The notes below the pieces were generated by a model, which did no database searches, was not told the origin of the DNA, and saw only the letters and a program-made list of their open reading frames with translations. The position numbers and the translations under genes were made by a program. A stretch of DNA of 64,000 bases from assembly GCA_046290465.1 (NCBI GenBank), contig JBKAGP010000001.1, positions 1,785,484 to 1,849,483 of the forward strand, read 5' to 3'. Below are positions 1-9,122 of this stretch, in pieces (within the stretch, counting starts at the first letter, position 1; each line of letters opens with the position of its first letter). This stretch comes from Planctomycetota bacterium. Lineage in GTDB: Bacteria > Planctomycetota > UBA1135 > UBA2386.

Positions 1-766
1 CGAGCCGACGACGATAGGCGTCCAGCCGTTCGTCGTCCTCTCCCACCACCGCGAAGCAGACCAGCATCGCCTTGCGCGCGAGGCCGTCCTGGAAGTCGCG
101 ATCCACGGTCGCCGACTCGAGGACCGCGTCCATCGCCGCGACGTAGTCCTTGGCCAGGAACTGCCGGCGTGCCTGCACGAGGTGCTGGGCCGCTTCCTGC
201 TGCACGTTCTCGAGTTCGGGCGCGAACCACGCCAACCCCGCCTGCAGCCGCTGGCCGGCGGCAAAGTGCTCGTCCTCCTCCGGGATGCCGGCGAGCGCGT
301 CCTCGACGTCCGCGGCGTTGCCGAGCGACGCCGCCATCCGGGCCCGCTCGATGCGCGCCTCGGGGCTGTCCGGATCGACCGCGACGGCCTCGTCCGCGAC
401 CGGTTCGTCGGCGGCCGCCGCGCCCTTGTGGATGCCGTGCTTGTCGAGGAACGTGACGATCTCGGCCTCCGGCAGCGCCCCCTGGAAGCCGTCGACCGGC
501 TTGCCCTCGTGCACCAGCACGCAGAACGGGATGCCCTGCACGCCGAACGCGTAGGCCAGGTCCTGTTCCTTGTCGGCGTCGACCTTGCCGAGCACGAAGC
601 CGCCGCCGTAGTCCCCGGCGAGCTTCTCGAGCGTCGGCCCCAGGGTGCGGCACGGCCCGCACCACTCGGCCCAGAAGTCGAGCAGCACCGGGGTCGTCAT
701 CGACTGCTCGACGACGTCCTGCTGGAAGGTGGCTGCGGTGATGTCCTTGACGTGCGCTCCGGGCAT
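1..766 (-). CDS. Thioredoxin-domain protein with C-terminal helical/TPR-like region (YbbN/CnoX-like); 3' end runs off the window
   Basis: My own minus-strand translation from the ATG at 766..764 gives MPGAHVKDITAATFQQDVVEQSMTTPVLLDFWAEWCGPCRTLGPTLEKLA... The canonical WCGPC redox motif is encoded at 650..664. The gene is absent from the ORF track because it has no stop inside the window. Confidence 0.85.
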   Translation of the reverse strand, partial: MPGAHVKDITAATFQQDVVEQSMTTPVLLDFWAEWCGPCRTLGPTLEKLAGDYGGGFVLGKVDADKEQDLAYAFGVQGIPFCVLVHEGKPVDGFQGALPEAEIVTFLDKHGIHKGAAAADEPVADEAVAVDPDSPEARIERARMAASLGNAADVEDALAGIPEEDEHFAAGQRLQAGLAWFAPELENVQQEAAQHLVQARRQFLAKDYVAAMDAVLESATVDRDFQDGLARKAMLVCFAVVGEDDERLDAYRRRL

Positions 767-984
767 GACCCCCGTCTGTAGGAGCCCGGGCCGCCGCAGT
801 CAACGAAAGCCACCCCGGGGATCGCCCGGCGGCGGGCCGCGCCGCAACCTCGTCGGCCAGCGCCGACACGCCCTTGTCGTTACGCGGCCGCTACATCGCC
901 CAACCGGCGGCCCCGGAGCCCCCCCGCCGCCCCCTGCTGGGTCCCGACCGGCGCGTTGGCACGGTAGTTGTCTAAGAAGAGATA

Positions 985-1051
985 CCGGCCCGGGGCCACG
1001 CACCACCAGGATGGGGTGCGTGAGAGAGAGGCGACCGTTGCCCCGGGTCGG
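985..1051 (-). terminator. Putative intrinsic terminator downstream of the membrane-protein gene
   Basis: A nested GC-rich stem-loop lies 34 nt after the stop at 1086. The outer stem is CCGGCCCGGGGC (985..996) / GCCCCGGGTCGG (1040..1051) and the inner stem is CACGCACC / GGTGCGTG. On the minus strand it is followed by U-rich UAUCUCUUCUU (974..984). Confidence 0.45.
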
Positions 1052-1085
1052 CATCTTCTTCGCTGCCGACAGCCTCCCCCGACCG

Positions 1086-2006
1086 CTACGCGGTCATGCC
1101 CATCGAGCCGAGCAGCGAGGTCACCAGCTCGAGGATCGCGAACACCAGCGCGCCGAAGCCGAGCTGCACGACCTGCGCCACGATCGCCTGGCCGCGGGTC
1201 AGGCCGAACAACAGGCACAGCCAGAACAGCGACACGCTGCCGTTGAACAGCACCATGACGCTGACCGACAGGTCGTTGACCGGGACCATCGCGACCTGCG
1301 CGAACGCGGTCAGCAGGTACCAGATGCCGAGGCCGACGCTGCGGCCGAGCCGCGGCCGCTCGCCGCCGCAGATGTGCACCGACATGTGCACGATCAGCCC
1401 CGAGCCGACCAACAGCAGCAGGCCGAGGCTGATCCACTGGCTCGGCGCCGCCGGCGCCAGCCAGGGATAGGCGCGATCGAGCGCCTCGATGCGCCGCTTG
1501 AGATGGAAGCGATGGCGCATGTCGACCGGCACGTTCTGCGGGCTGCCGGGGTCGATCGGATCCTGCAGCGGACCGCTCCACGAGATCTTCGGCTCGGCCG
1601 GCCCGGGCGCGGCATCGGGCGCGGCTTCGGGCGCGGCCGTGCCGGCCTCCGGCGCCGCCGCAGGATCGGCCGCTGCGGTCGCAGGCGCGTTCGCGTCCGC
1701 GGCGGAGCCGGCCTCGGGCTTGCCCTCGGCGGGCTTCGAAGCGGCGGCGTTCGCCTTCTCGTCCTCGAGCACGGCGCGCGACGCAGGATCGTCGCCGTCG
1801 CGGAAGCGACAGCTGCGGATCGACGACGCAGGAACGCGCACGACCTTGCCGTCGACCTCGATCGCGAGTTGCTCGAGGTCCATCTCGAGCACCCGGCCCT
1901 CGAGCCTCCGGCCATCGTCGAGCAGGACGGCGGCATGACGCTCCTGCGCCTCGAGCGGCGCGAGCAGCGTGCACGCAAACGCGAACATTGCAGCAAGACG
2001 GATCAT
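1086..2006 (-). CDS. Hypothetical membrane protein (signal peptide, Ala/Pro/Glu-rich linker, C-terminal multi-TM region)
   Basis: This is the in-frame part of ORF 1086..2276. The ATG at 2006 gives MIRLAAMFAFACTLLAPLEAQ (signal-like), and the C-terminal third is hydrophobic (LGLLLLVGSGLIVHM..., LFWLCLLFGL...). No family was recognised. Confidence 0.6.
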   Translation of the reverse strand: MIRLAAMFAFACTLLAPLEAQERHAAVLLDDGRRLEGRVLEMDLEQLAIEVDGKVVRVPASSIRSCRFRDGDDPASRAVLEDEKANAAASKPAEGKPEAGSAADANAPATAAADPAAAPEAGTAAPEAAPDAAPGPAEPKISWSGPLQDPIDPGSPQNVPVDMRHRFHLKRRIEALDRAYPWLAPAAPSQWISLGLLLLVGSGLIVHMSVHICGGERPRLGRSVGLGIWYLLTAFAQVAMVPVNDLSVSVMVLFNGSVSLFWLCLLFGLTRGQAIVAQVVQLGFGALVFAILELVTSLLGSMGMTA

Positions 2007-2179
2007 GTCGGAATGGGGCATCGACGCGCGGTCCTGCCGCCTTGAGGCAGGAAGTCCCGTCCCGAGGCGGCCGCCGATGGCATCGCCCTCTGGCAGCCAT
2101 CGTCGGTGCGCCCTACCCTTGGCATGCGGCCGTTCGCGAAACGCCGCTCCCGGACCTTCGCTGTGCCGCGCCGATCCCG

Positions 2180-3040
2180 ATGACGACGAACCTTCGCCCG
2201 ATCTCCTGCGCCCTGTTGGCGACGCTCGCGCTGCCGCTCGGTGCCCAGGAGCTCCCCGACCTCGAGACCCTGGCACGCAAGGTCGGCGCCGCGCACCGCC
2301 CCGACGGGCCGACGGCCAAGGTCGAGGCGTTCACCTGCAAGCTCGAGATCGAGCTGACCGACGTGCGCGAGAAGAACGGCGGCCAGGCGGGTCTGACGGT
2401 CCAGTTCCTCGAACAGCCGCGCAAGGCGCCGAAGAAGCCGCGCACCTACATCCGCTACGAGGTGACCGACGCCGAGCGGCCGATCCGCCGCGGCAACGAC
2501 CGCTTCGGCCCGTGGCACCTGGCGCAGGGCAAGCCCGCCGACCTGACGGCCGCCGGCTCCGAGCAGGATCTGGCGTCGCTGCGCGAACACACCAACCTGG
2601 CCCGGCAGCTGGTGCGCTTCCTGTCGCCCGAGGCAGTGCTGGGCGCACTGCAGAAGCCGACCAAGGTCCAGAACGACAAGCTGCGACTCGGCCGCAAGGC
2701 GACCCCGGTGCTGAGCGTCAGCGGCGACCTCGAGCGGTTCCCGCTGATGCAGAACGCCGGCGACGAAGCGCCGGCCTACGTGACGATCTACATCGACGAG
2801 AAGAGCCACCGGCTGCTCGGCGTCGACGCCTGGCCGCTGAAGGACGGCAAGCCCGACCGGCTGCGCGGCGAACGCATCGTGCTCGAGTCGATGCGGCCGG
2901 TCGACGGCCTGCTGGTGCCGCACACGCTGCGCTACCTGTGGCGCGACGCCAGCGGCAAGCTGCGCAGCCACTCGATCGCCAGGATCCTCAAGCTCCGGTT
3001 GCGGCCGGAGCTGACGGTCGCCGACTTCAACCGCAGCTGA
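2180..3040 (+). CDS. Hypothetical secreted protein
   Basis: The internal ATG at 2180 of ORF 1988..3040 gives MTTNLRPISCALLATLALPLGAQE (signal peptide). The rest has a balanced, non-shadow composition. No family was recognised. Confidence 0.6.
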   Translation: MTTNLRPISCALLATLALPLGAQELPDLETLARKVGAAHRPDGPTAKVEAFTCKLEIELTDVREKNGGQAGLTVQFLEQPRKAPKKPRTYIRYEVTDAERPIRRGNDRFGPWHLAQGKPADLTAAGSEQDLASLREHTNLARQLVRFLSPEAVLGALQKPTKVQNDKLRLGRKATPVLSVSGDLERFPLMQNAGDEAPAYVTIYIDEKSHRLLGVDAWPLKDGKPDRLRGERIVLESMRPVDGLLVPHTLRYLWRDASGKLRSHSIARILKLRLRPELTVADFNRS

Positions 3041-3043
3041 CCG

Positions 3044-4867
3044 TCAGCACCTGCGTCGGAAGTAGCGTTCGAGCTCCGCCGGCGAGAACGTCAGCGTGGT
3101 CGGCCGCCCGTGCGGACAGTTGTGCGGGTGCTCGAGCGTCGCGGCGACGCGCAGCAGCTCCTCGATCTCGTCGTCGGTCAGGCGGTCGCCGCTCATCACC
3201 GAACCGCGGCAGGCCATCGAGTGGAACTTCTCGGCGATGTGCTCGCCCACCGACGAACGGCCGTCGTCGGCCTCGCCCGTGGCCAGCGCGCGCACCAGCT
3301 GCTTGGGATCAGTCCTGGACAGCACGGCCGGCATACCCTGCACCGCGATCGCGTTGGGTCCGAACGTCTCGACCAACAACCCTTCCTCGGCGAGTTCGTC
3401 GCGGACCGACTCGAACCAGGCCAGCTCGCTCGGGGTCAGCTCCACCACCGCCGGCACCAGCAGCCGCTGCACCTGCACGTCGCGAGCGGCGTGCTGCTTC
3501 TTCAGCTGTTCGTAGGTGACGCGCTCGTGCAGGGCGTGCTGGTCGACCACCAACAGGCCGTGCTCGCCCTCCAGCAGCAGGTACAGGTCCATGACCTGCA
3601 GGAAGCGGCCGCTGACGCGCTGGAACGGGTTGGGGCGCTCGACCTGCGAGGCGGCGCCGGCCGGCGGCGGCACCGGCGCACGCACGATCGTCGGTTCGTC
3701 GCGGCCAGAACGGCCGTCATCCGTCGGGGTCGGCGCCGACCGCGCGGACGACTCGAACAACGAACGAGCTGCAAAGCTGCCGCCGGACTGGGTCGGAAAG
3801 CCCGAGCGCGCGCGCGGCATCTCGGGACGGATCGTCACGCCGCCCTCGCTGACCGCGCCGGCCGACGACTCGCCCATCGGCAGCGTGCGGGCCTGCAGCG
3901 CGCTGCGCACGGTCTCGTGCAGGCAGCCGGCGACCTTGCGCGACTCGACGAAGCGGACCTCGGCCTTGCGCGGGTGGATGTTCACGTCGACCAGGTCGGG
4001 CGGCAGCACCATCTGCAGCACGTAGACCGGGAAGCGACCGCCCATCAGGAACTCGCGGTAGGCCTGCCGCACCGCGTGCAGCGCGCTCTTCTCGCGCGCC
4101 ATGCGGCCGTTGACGTAGGTCAGCTCGAGGCGGCCGTCGCGTCGCGCCAGGTCCGGTTCGCCGACCACGCCCTCGACCTTGAGCCCGTCGAACTCGCGGT
4201 GCACCGGCAGCAGCCCCTTGCCGAGATCGCGACCGAAGCACTGCTGCACGCGCTCGGCGAGCGTGACGCCGCGCGGCAGCCGCAGCAGCTCCTTGTCGTC
4301 GCTGATCAGCGTGAAGTCGACGTCGAGCCGCGCCAGCGCCAGTTCGCAGACGAGCTGCTGGATGCGCGCCCGTTCGGCGTGCGCGGCCTTCAGGAAGCGA
4401 CGGCGCGCCGGAACGTTGAAGAACAGGTCGCGGATCTCGATGCGGGTGCCCTGCGGGCAACCGCACGGCTGCGGCTCGGTCTCGGCGCCGCCGTCGCAGC
4501 GCACCTCCCAGCCCTCGCTGCCGTCGCGCCGCATGCTCTGCACGCGTGCCTTGGCGACCGCGCCGATCGACGCCAGCGCCTCCCCGCGGAAGCCGAGGCT
4601 GCCGATGTGCTCGAGGTCGTGCACGTCGCTGAGCTTGCTGGTCGCGTGGCTGGCGAACGCCAGCGGCAGATCCTCGGGCAGGAAGCCGTCGCCGTCGTCG
4701 ATGACGGTCAGCTGCTCGACGCCGCCGCCGCGCAGTTCGACCCGCACGCGGGTCGCCCCGGCGTCGAGCGAGTTCTCGATCAGCTCCTTGGCGACCGACA
4801 CCGGCCGCTCGACCACTTCGCCCGCCGCGATCTGGTTGACCACGGCGATCGGCAACTTCTTGATCAC
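3044..4867 (-). CDS. mutL: DNA mismatch repair protein MutL (endonuclease-type)
   Basis: GHKL ATPase motifs are present (AAGEVVERPVSVAKELIENSLDAGA, DDGDGF). The C-terminal endonuclease motif DQHALHERVTYE and CPHGRP are also present. The start is GTG at 4867, overlapping the holA TGA (GTGA). The 890-aa ORF-track N-terminus is a shadow over holA. Confidence 0.95.
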   Translation of the reverse strand: MIKKLPIAVVNQIAAGEVVERPVSVAKELIENSLDAGATRVRVELRGGGVEQLTVIDDGDGFLPEDLPLAFASHATSKLSDVHDLEHIGSLGFRGEALASIGAVAKARVQSMRRDGSEGWEVRCDGGAETEPQPCGCPQGTRIEIRDLFFNVPARRRFLKAAHAERARIQQLVCELALARLDVDFTLISDDKELLRLPRGVTLAERVQQCFGRDLGKGLLPVHREFDGLKVEGVVGEPDLARRDGRLELTYVNGRMAREKSALHAVRQAYREFLMGGRFPVYVLQMVLPPDLVDVNIHPRKAEVRFVESRKVAGCLHETVRSALQARTLPMGESSAGAVSEGGVTIRPEMPRARSGFPTQSGGSFAARSLFESSARSAPTPTDDGRSGRDEPTIVRAPVPPPAGAASQVERPNPFQRVSGRFLQVMDLYLLLEGEHGLLVVDQHALHERVTYEQLKKQHAARDVQVQRLLVPAVVELTPSELAWFESVRDELAEEGLLVETFGPNAIAVQGMPAVLSRTDPKQLVRALATGEADDGRSSVGEHIAEKFHSMACRGSVMSGDRLTDDEIEELLRVAATLEHPHNCPHGRPTTLTFSPAELERYFRRRC

Positions 4868-6030
4868 AGCTCCAGCTCCTCCGCCGTCTCGATCGGCACG
4901 CCATCGAACCATTGCGCCAGGAAGCGCTCCAGCAGCGCCTCCCCGTCCTCGCCGGTCAGGCGGCTCTTCCGCAGCGCGGCGTGCAGCGCCAGGATGCCGC
5001 GCTGCAGCTGCGCCTGGTCGTTCTGCTTGACCTGCTCGAGGAACCGGTCGGCGAACTGCCGCACGCCGCAGCGCGACGGGATGTCGCGCATCGACGTGCC
5101 CGCGTCGAACAGGATGCGCCCCTCGTAGACGACGCTGATCTGGCGGTAGAGCCAGCTGTTCGTGAACGGCAACACGCCGCCGCTGTCCATCGACTTGCCG
5201 TCCTTCTGCTTGACGCCACGCTGGAACATCGCTGCCAGCGAGCGCTGCGCCGTGCGCCGGTCGCCGCCCAGCACCGCTTCGGCGAACTCGAACGGCGTCG
5301 ACTCGAAGCTGACCGACAGCTTGCCGGCCAGGTCCTTCGGCGCGAGCGCGCCGCGCACCGGGTCGCTGCCCAGCTGGTCCCGCAGCCGTTCGAGTTCGCC
5401 GAGCAGCTCCGACGGCGACTTGCCGACCTGCGAGATCACCAGCCAGGCGCTCTCCGGCGTCAGCGGCACGCCGAGCTTCTTGCCGGCCTGCCCGACCCAC
5501 TTGCACAGCTCGCCCTCGAGCGGGCCGCGCGCGCGGTCGTAGGGCATGTCGTACAGCTCGCGGAACTCGAACACGGCGCCGTCGCCGGCCAGCTGCTTGA
5601 ACAGCGTCGCTGCCGCCTTCTTGCGCTTGTCGAGCTTCGGCGCCTCGACCAGCAGGCTCGAGCCCTGCTGGATCTTCGGCGCGACCTCGGCGACCGCGGC
5701 GCCGTGCTTCTTCCACCAGTTGGCGGCGCGGCGCACGGCGACGATCGTGGCGCTGGCGAACAGCCCGCCACCGCGCAGGTCCTGCAGCACCGGCACGGTC
5801 ACCGACGTGGTGCCGCCGTCCTCGCCGTCGTCATCTTCATCGCCAGCGCGGACCTCGGCCCCGTCGACGGTGCGCAACTCGGCGTCCTTGGGCACCGCCG
5901 ACAGCAGCCGTTCCATCGCCTTGCTGCGGAAGAACTCGCTCTCGCCGTGCACCAACACGATCGGCGGCAGGCCGGCGCGCACCAGCGTGTCGAGCCGCTT
6001 CAGTTCCTGCGCCGGGTTGGGGACCGCCAT
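4864..6030 (-). CDS. holA: DNA polymerase III delta subunit (HolA-like)
   Basis: The 388-aa protein starts with ATG at 6030. The N-terminal PPIVLVHGESEFF segment, the overall length and the helical C-terminal half resemble HolA. No single diagnostic motif was found, so confidence in the product name is moderate. Confidence 0.65.
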   Translation of the reverse strand: MAVPNPAQELKRLDTLVRAGLPPIVLVHGESEFFRSKAMERLLSAVPKDAELRTVDGAEVRAGDEDDDGEDGGTTSVTVPVLQDLRGGGLFASATIVAVRRAANWWKKHGAAVAEVAPKIQQGSSLLVEAPKLDKRKKAAATLFKQLAGDGAVFEFRELYDMPYDRARGPLEGELCKWVGQAGKKLGVPLTPESAWLVISQVGKSPSELLGELERLRDQLGSDPVRGALAPKDLAGKLSVSFESTPFEFAEAVLGGDRRTAQRSLAAMFQRGVKQKDGKSMDSGGVLPFTNSWLYRQISVVYEGRILFDAGTSMRDIPSRCGVRQFADRFLEQVKQNDQAQLQRGILALHAALRKSRLTGEDGEALLERFLAQWFDGVPIETAEELEL

Positions 6031-6034
6031 CCCG

Positions 6035-6907
6035 CTACAGATACAGGTCGGCGCAGCCCGCCGCGAACATCACCACCGCCAGAGTGCCATTCGCGGTGAA
6101 GAACGCCGCCTGGATGCGTGACAAGTCGTCGGGGCGCAACAGGCGATGCTGCCAGACCAGCAGGCAGGCCGCGAGGCCGACCCCGATCAGGTAGCCGGTC
6201 GACAGCTGCGTCATCAGGCCGAAGCCGACGAAGCCGCCGAGCGCCAGCACGTGCAGCGAGCGGCTGATCCACATCGCCCCGCGGCGGCCGAGCAGCACCG
6301 GCAGCGAACGCAGCCCGCGCTCGCGGTCGAACTCGTCGTCCTGGCAGGCGTAGAGCACGTCGAAGCCGGCGACCCAGGTGGCGACCGCGAGGCCGAGCAC
6401 CAGCGGCGCGTAGAGCCGTTCGCCGAACGCGCCGTCGACGGCGAACCAGGCCGCGAACGGCGACACGCCGAGCGCGACCCCGAGCCACAGGTGGCACAGC
6501 GACGAGAACCGCTTGGCATAGCTGTAGCCGTAGAGCCACAGGATCGTCGGGATGCCGAGCAGAAAGCACGCCGGCGACAGCAACCAGCAGAAGCCGAGGA
6601 AGGCCGCGCCGGCGCCGAGCGCCAGCAGCAGCGCGCTGGTGGCGGTCACCCGACCAGCCGGGATCTCGCGGTTGCTGGTGCGAGGGTTGGCGGCGTCGAG
6701 TTCACGATCGGCCCAGCGATTGAACGCCATCGCCGCGGTGCGCGCGGTGACGACCGCGCCACAGACCAGCCCGACCAGCCGCGGCGAAGGCGCCCCGTCG
6801 GTCGCGACCAGCAGCGACAGCAGCGCGAACGGCAGCGCGAACACCGAGTGCGACAGCTTGACCAGACCGGCGAAGGCCTGCGCCCGTTCGACGACGGCGC
6901 CGCTCAC
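6035..6907 (-). CDS. UbiA-family aromatic prenyltransferase (4-hydroxybenzoate/1,4-dihydroxy-6-naphthoate polyprenyltransferase-like, MqnP-type)
   Basis: The polytopic membrane protein carries NRWADRELDAANPRTSNREIPAG (first Asp-rich motif, NPRT variant) and DVLYACQDDEFD (second motif). The ORF-track start is GTG at 6925. I prefer GTG at 6907 because it forms a GTGA overlap with the ubiX stop. Confidence 0.85.
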   Translation of the reverse strand: MSGAVVERAQAFAGLVKLSHSVFALPFALLSLLVATDGAPSPRLVGLVCGAVVTARTAAMAFNRWADRELDAANPRTSNREIPAGRVTATSALLLALGAGAAFLGFCWLLSPACFLLGIPTILWLYGYSYAKRFSSLCHLWLGVALGVSPFAAWFAVDGAFGERLYAPLVLGLAVATWVAGFDVLYACQDDEFDRERGLRSLPVLLGRRGAMWISRSLHVLALGGFVGFGLMTQLSTGYLIGVGLAACLLVWQHRLLRPDDLSRIQAAFFTANGTLAVVMFAAGCADLYL

Positions 6908-7551
6908 GCTTCGCCCTCGTCCCACGGCGACGACGCCTCGGGGGTCTGCCAGCGCGCGACCAGGTCGTGGGGGATCGACAGGCGATCGAGGATCTTGCCG
7001 ACCACGAAGTCAACCAGCTCGGCGATCGTCGTCGGCCGCTGGTAGAAGCCGGGCATCGCCGGCAGCACCACCGCGCCGAGCCGCGTCAGCTTGAGCATGT
7101 TCTCGAGGTGCAGTTCGCTGAGCGGTGTCTCGCGCGGCACCACCACCAGCGGCCGGCCCTCCTTGATGGCGACGTCCGCGGCGCGCTCGACCAGGTTGCT
7201 GGAGAAGCCGTGCGCGACCCGCGCCAGCGTGCCCATGCTGCACGGCACGACGATGGTCGCCGCGATGCCGGCGCTGCCCGACGCCGGCGCCGCCTCGACG
7301 GCGGCCAGGTCGTGCACGTGCAGGCGCTGGCGCAGTTCCTCCTCGAACAGCCCGGCGAGGTCGGGGCGCTGCAGGTCCAGCCGGTAGCCGCATTCGTGCA
7401 CCAGCACGCGGATCGCCGCGCCGGTCGCGCACAGGTGCACCTGGTGGCCCAGCCGCAGCAGCACCTCGACCAGTCGCTGGCCGTAGACGCTGCCGCTGCC
7501 GCCGGAGAAGCAGACCGCGTAGGTGCGCGGCTCGATCGGGTCGCTGGTCAC
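6904..7551 (-). CDS. ubiX: Flavin prenyltransferase UbiX
   Basis: Motifs FSGGSGSVYG, VVPCSMGTLARVAHG and PRETPLSELHLENMLKL..PAMPGFY are present. The GTG start at 7551 overlaps the upstream TGA (GTGA). The ORF-track N-terminal 150 aa are a shadow. Confidence 0.9.
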   Translation of the reverse strand: MTSDPIEPRTYAVCFSGGSGSVYGQRLVEVLLRLGHQVHLCATGAAIRVLVHECGYRLDLQRPDLAGLFEEELRQRLHVHDLAAVEAAPASGSAGIAATIVVPCSMGTLARVAHGFSSNLVERAADVAIKEGRPLVVVPRETPLSELHLENMLKLTRLGAVVLPAMPGFYQRPTTIAELVDFVVGKILDRLSIPHDLVARWQTPEASSPWDEGEA

Positions 7552-8315
7552 AGGCGCAGGTAGAAGTAGAGGTTGTAGACGGTGTGCGTGTAGACGCAGA
7601 CGCCGTAGCCGCGTCCCCACATCAACAGGCCGAGCAGCACGCCGGCCATCGTGCGGAACAGGAAGCGGCCGCGGTCGTACGGCTCGCCACACAGGTGGTG
7701 GAACCACGAGAACACCAGCGCGCTGACGACGACCGCGAACATGCCGGCGAGCACCCGTGGCAGCGCCCACTCCCGCACCGCGCGCATGCCGAGCCAGACC
7801 AGCAGCGACATCAGGCCGAGACGGAAGACGAGCTCCTCGAACACGCCTGCGCCGATCGATCCGACCATGTTGGCGATCTGCTCGTTGCCGGGCGCCGACG
7901 TGGACAGCAGGCGGTTCGCGGACGACGTCATCGCGGATGCGATCGGGCCGAGCATGACGCCGTAGACCACGCCCTCGAGCGCGATCACCGCGACGACGCG
8001 GGCCCACGGCACCTTGTGCTTGACCAGCCAGTTGGCGGCGGCGGCGATCAGCAGCGCGAACGCGACGCTGACGACCATGTGGGCGCGGTCACCCAGGCGC
8101 GCGAGCTGCTGCAGCAGCAGCACCTCGGCGCCGTTGCGTTCGTCGGGCGCCAGCTGCCAGCGCGCCACCATGTAGAACAGCCACAGCGGCAGCACGGCGA
8201 ACAGACCGACCGCCGGCTCGCGCGACCAGTGGAAGTAGCCGCCGGGTCGCAGGGGCCCCGAGGTCTGGTCCTCGACCACGACCTTGCCGGGCTCAGCCTT
8301 GCGGGACTTCGGCAC
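7548..8315 (-). CDS. CPBP-family intramembrane glutamic endopeptidase (CAAX protease-like)
   Basis: All three CPBP motifs are present: FEELVFR (EExxxR), FSWFHH (FxxxH) and HTVYN (HxxxN). The protein has several TM helices. The start codon at 8315 is GTG. Confidence 0.85.
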   Translation of the reverse strand: MPKSRKAEPGKVVVEDQTSGPLRPGGYFHWSREPAVGLFAVLPLWLFYMVARWQLAPDERNGAEVLLLQQLARLGDRAHMVVSVAFALLIAAAANWLVKHKVPWARVVAVIALEGVVYGVMLGPIASAMTSSANRLLSTSAPGNEQIANMVGSIGAGVFEELVFRLGLMSLLVWLGMRAVREWALPRVLAGMFAVVVSALVFSWFHHLCGEPYDRGRFLFRTMAGVLLGLLMWGRGYGVCVYTHTVYNLYFYLRL

Positions 8316-8988
8316 GGTAGATGGCGGCGATGCCGCCGGTCAGCAGCCGCTGACGCGGCGACCGGAGCCCCGCCTGCTGCATGAGGTCGAGGAACCGCTC
8401 ACGTTCAGGGAACGCCTGCACGGAGTCGTGCAGGTAGCGGTAGGCGTCGTTCTTGTTGCCGCAGATCCACTTGCCCAGCCGCGGCAGCACCTGGCGGAAG
8501 TAGAAGCCGTAGAGCTGTGCGAACACCGGCAGGCGCGGCTTGCAGAACTCGAGCACGACGACGCGGCCGCCGGGGCGCACGACCCGCGCCATCTCGCGCA
8601 GCGCGACCACCGGATCGGCGACGTTGCGGATGCCGAACGCGACCGTCGCGAAGTCGAAGTGGTCGTCGGGCAACGGCAGGTTCATCGCGTCGGCGGCGAG
8701 GAACTCCGGACGGGTCGGGCCGCTCTTCTGCTTTCTGTGCGTGTGCGACAGCATCGGCGCGCAGAAGTCGGCGCCGAGCATCGTGGCACCGGCACGCTGC
8801 AGCGCGAAGCACAGATCGCCGGTGCCGGAGCAGACGTCGAGGCCGCGTTCGCCCGGCTGCACGTCGACGATGCGCACGGTACGGCGCCGCCACAGCACGT
8901 CGATGCCCATCGACAGGGCCCGGTTGGCGCGGTCGTAGCCCGGCGCCACGTCGGCGAACATGCGTTGGATGGTGGCGGCGTCGGGCAT
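8293..8988 (-). CDS. ubiE: Demethylmenaquinone/ubiquinone C-methyltransferase (UbiE/MenG)
   Basis: The ATG at 8988 gives MPDAATIQRMFADVAPGYDRAN... The SAM motif LDVCSGTGDL is present, along with VAFGIRNV, GGRVVVLEF and YRYLHDSV. The longer ORF-track start at 9102 would translate the terminator hairpin. Confidence 0.9.
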   Translation of the reverse strand: MPDAATIQRMFADVAPGYDRANRALSMGIDVLWRRRTVRIVDVQPGERGLDVCSGTGDLCFALQRAGATMLGADFCAPMLSHTHRKQKSGPTRPEFLAADAMNLPLPDDHFDFATVAFGIRNVADPVVALREMARVVRPGGRVVVLEFCKPRLPVFAQLYGFYFRQVLPRLGKWICGNKNDAYRYLHDSVQAFPERERFLDLMQQAGLRSPRQRLLTGGIAAIYRAEVPQG

Positions 8989-9024
8989 CTGCGGAACGCG
9001 ATTCTGCGCCACGCGCCGGCGGAT

Positions 9025-9070
9025 CACAAACGAAGAACGCCCGCCGCCACGTTCGTGGCGGCGGGCGTTC
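9025..9070 (-). terminator. Intrinsic terminator after the large lipoprotein gene
   Basis: There is a perfect 15-bp GC-rich stem GAACGCCCGCCGCCA (9035..9049) / TGGCGGCGGGCGTTC (9056..9070) with a 6-nt loop. On the minus strand it is followed by UUCGUUUGUG (9025..9034). It lies 53 nt after the stop at 9123. Confidence 0.65.
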
Positions 9071-9122
9071 CTCGTTCGCATCCGGGGGGTGAGGGTCCCC
9101 ACCCCGTTCGCTCAGGCGTCCG

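Noticed and set aside
3044-5716. The 890-aa ORF read as a giant MutL, and the 1645-aa ORF 33997..38934 read as a giant synthase/phosphorylase.
   Set aside because: The N-terminal extensions are shadow sequence over holA and over the GH57 gene. Conserved N-termini begin at GTG 4867 (IKKLPIAVVNQIAAGEV) and ATG 38226 ([14 protein letters not shown]), each right at the upstream gene's stop.
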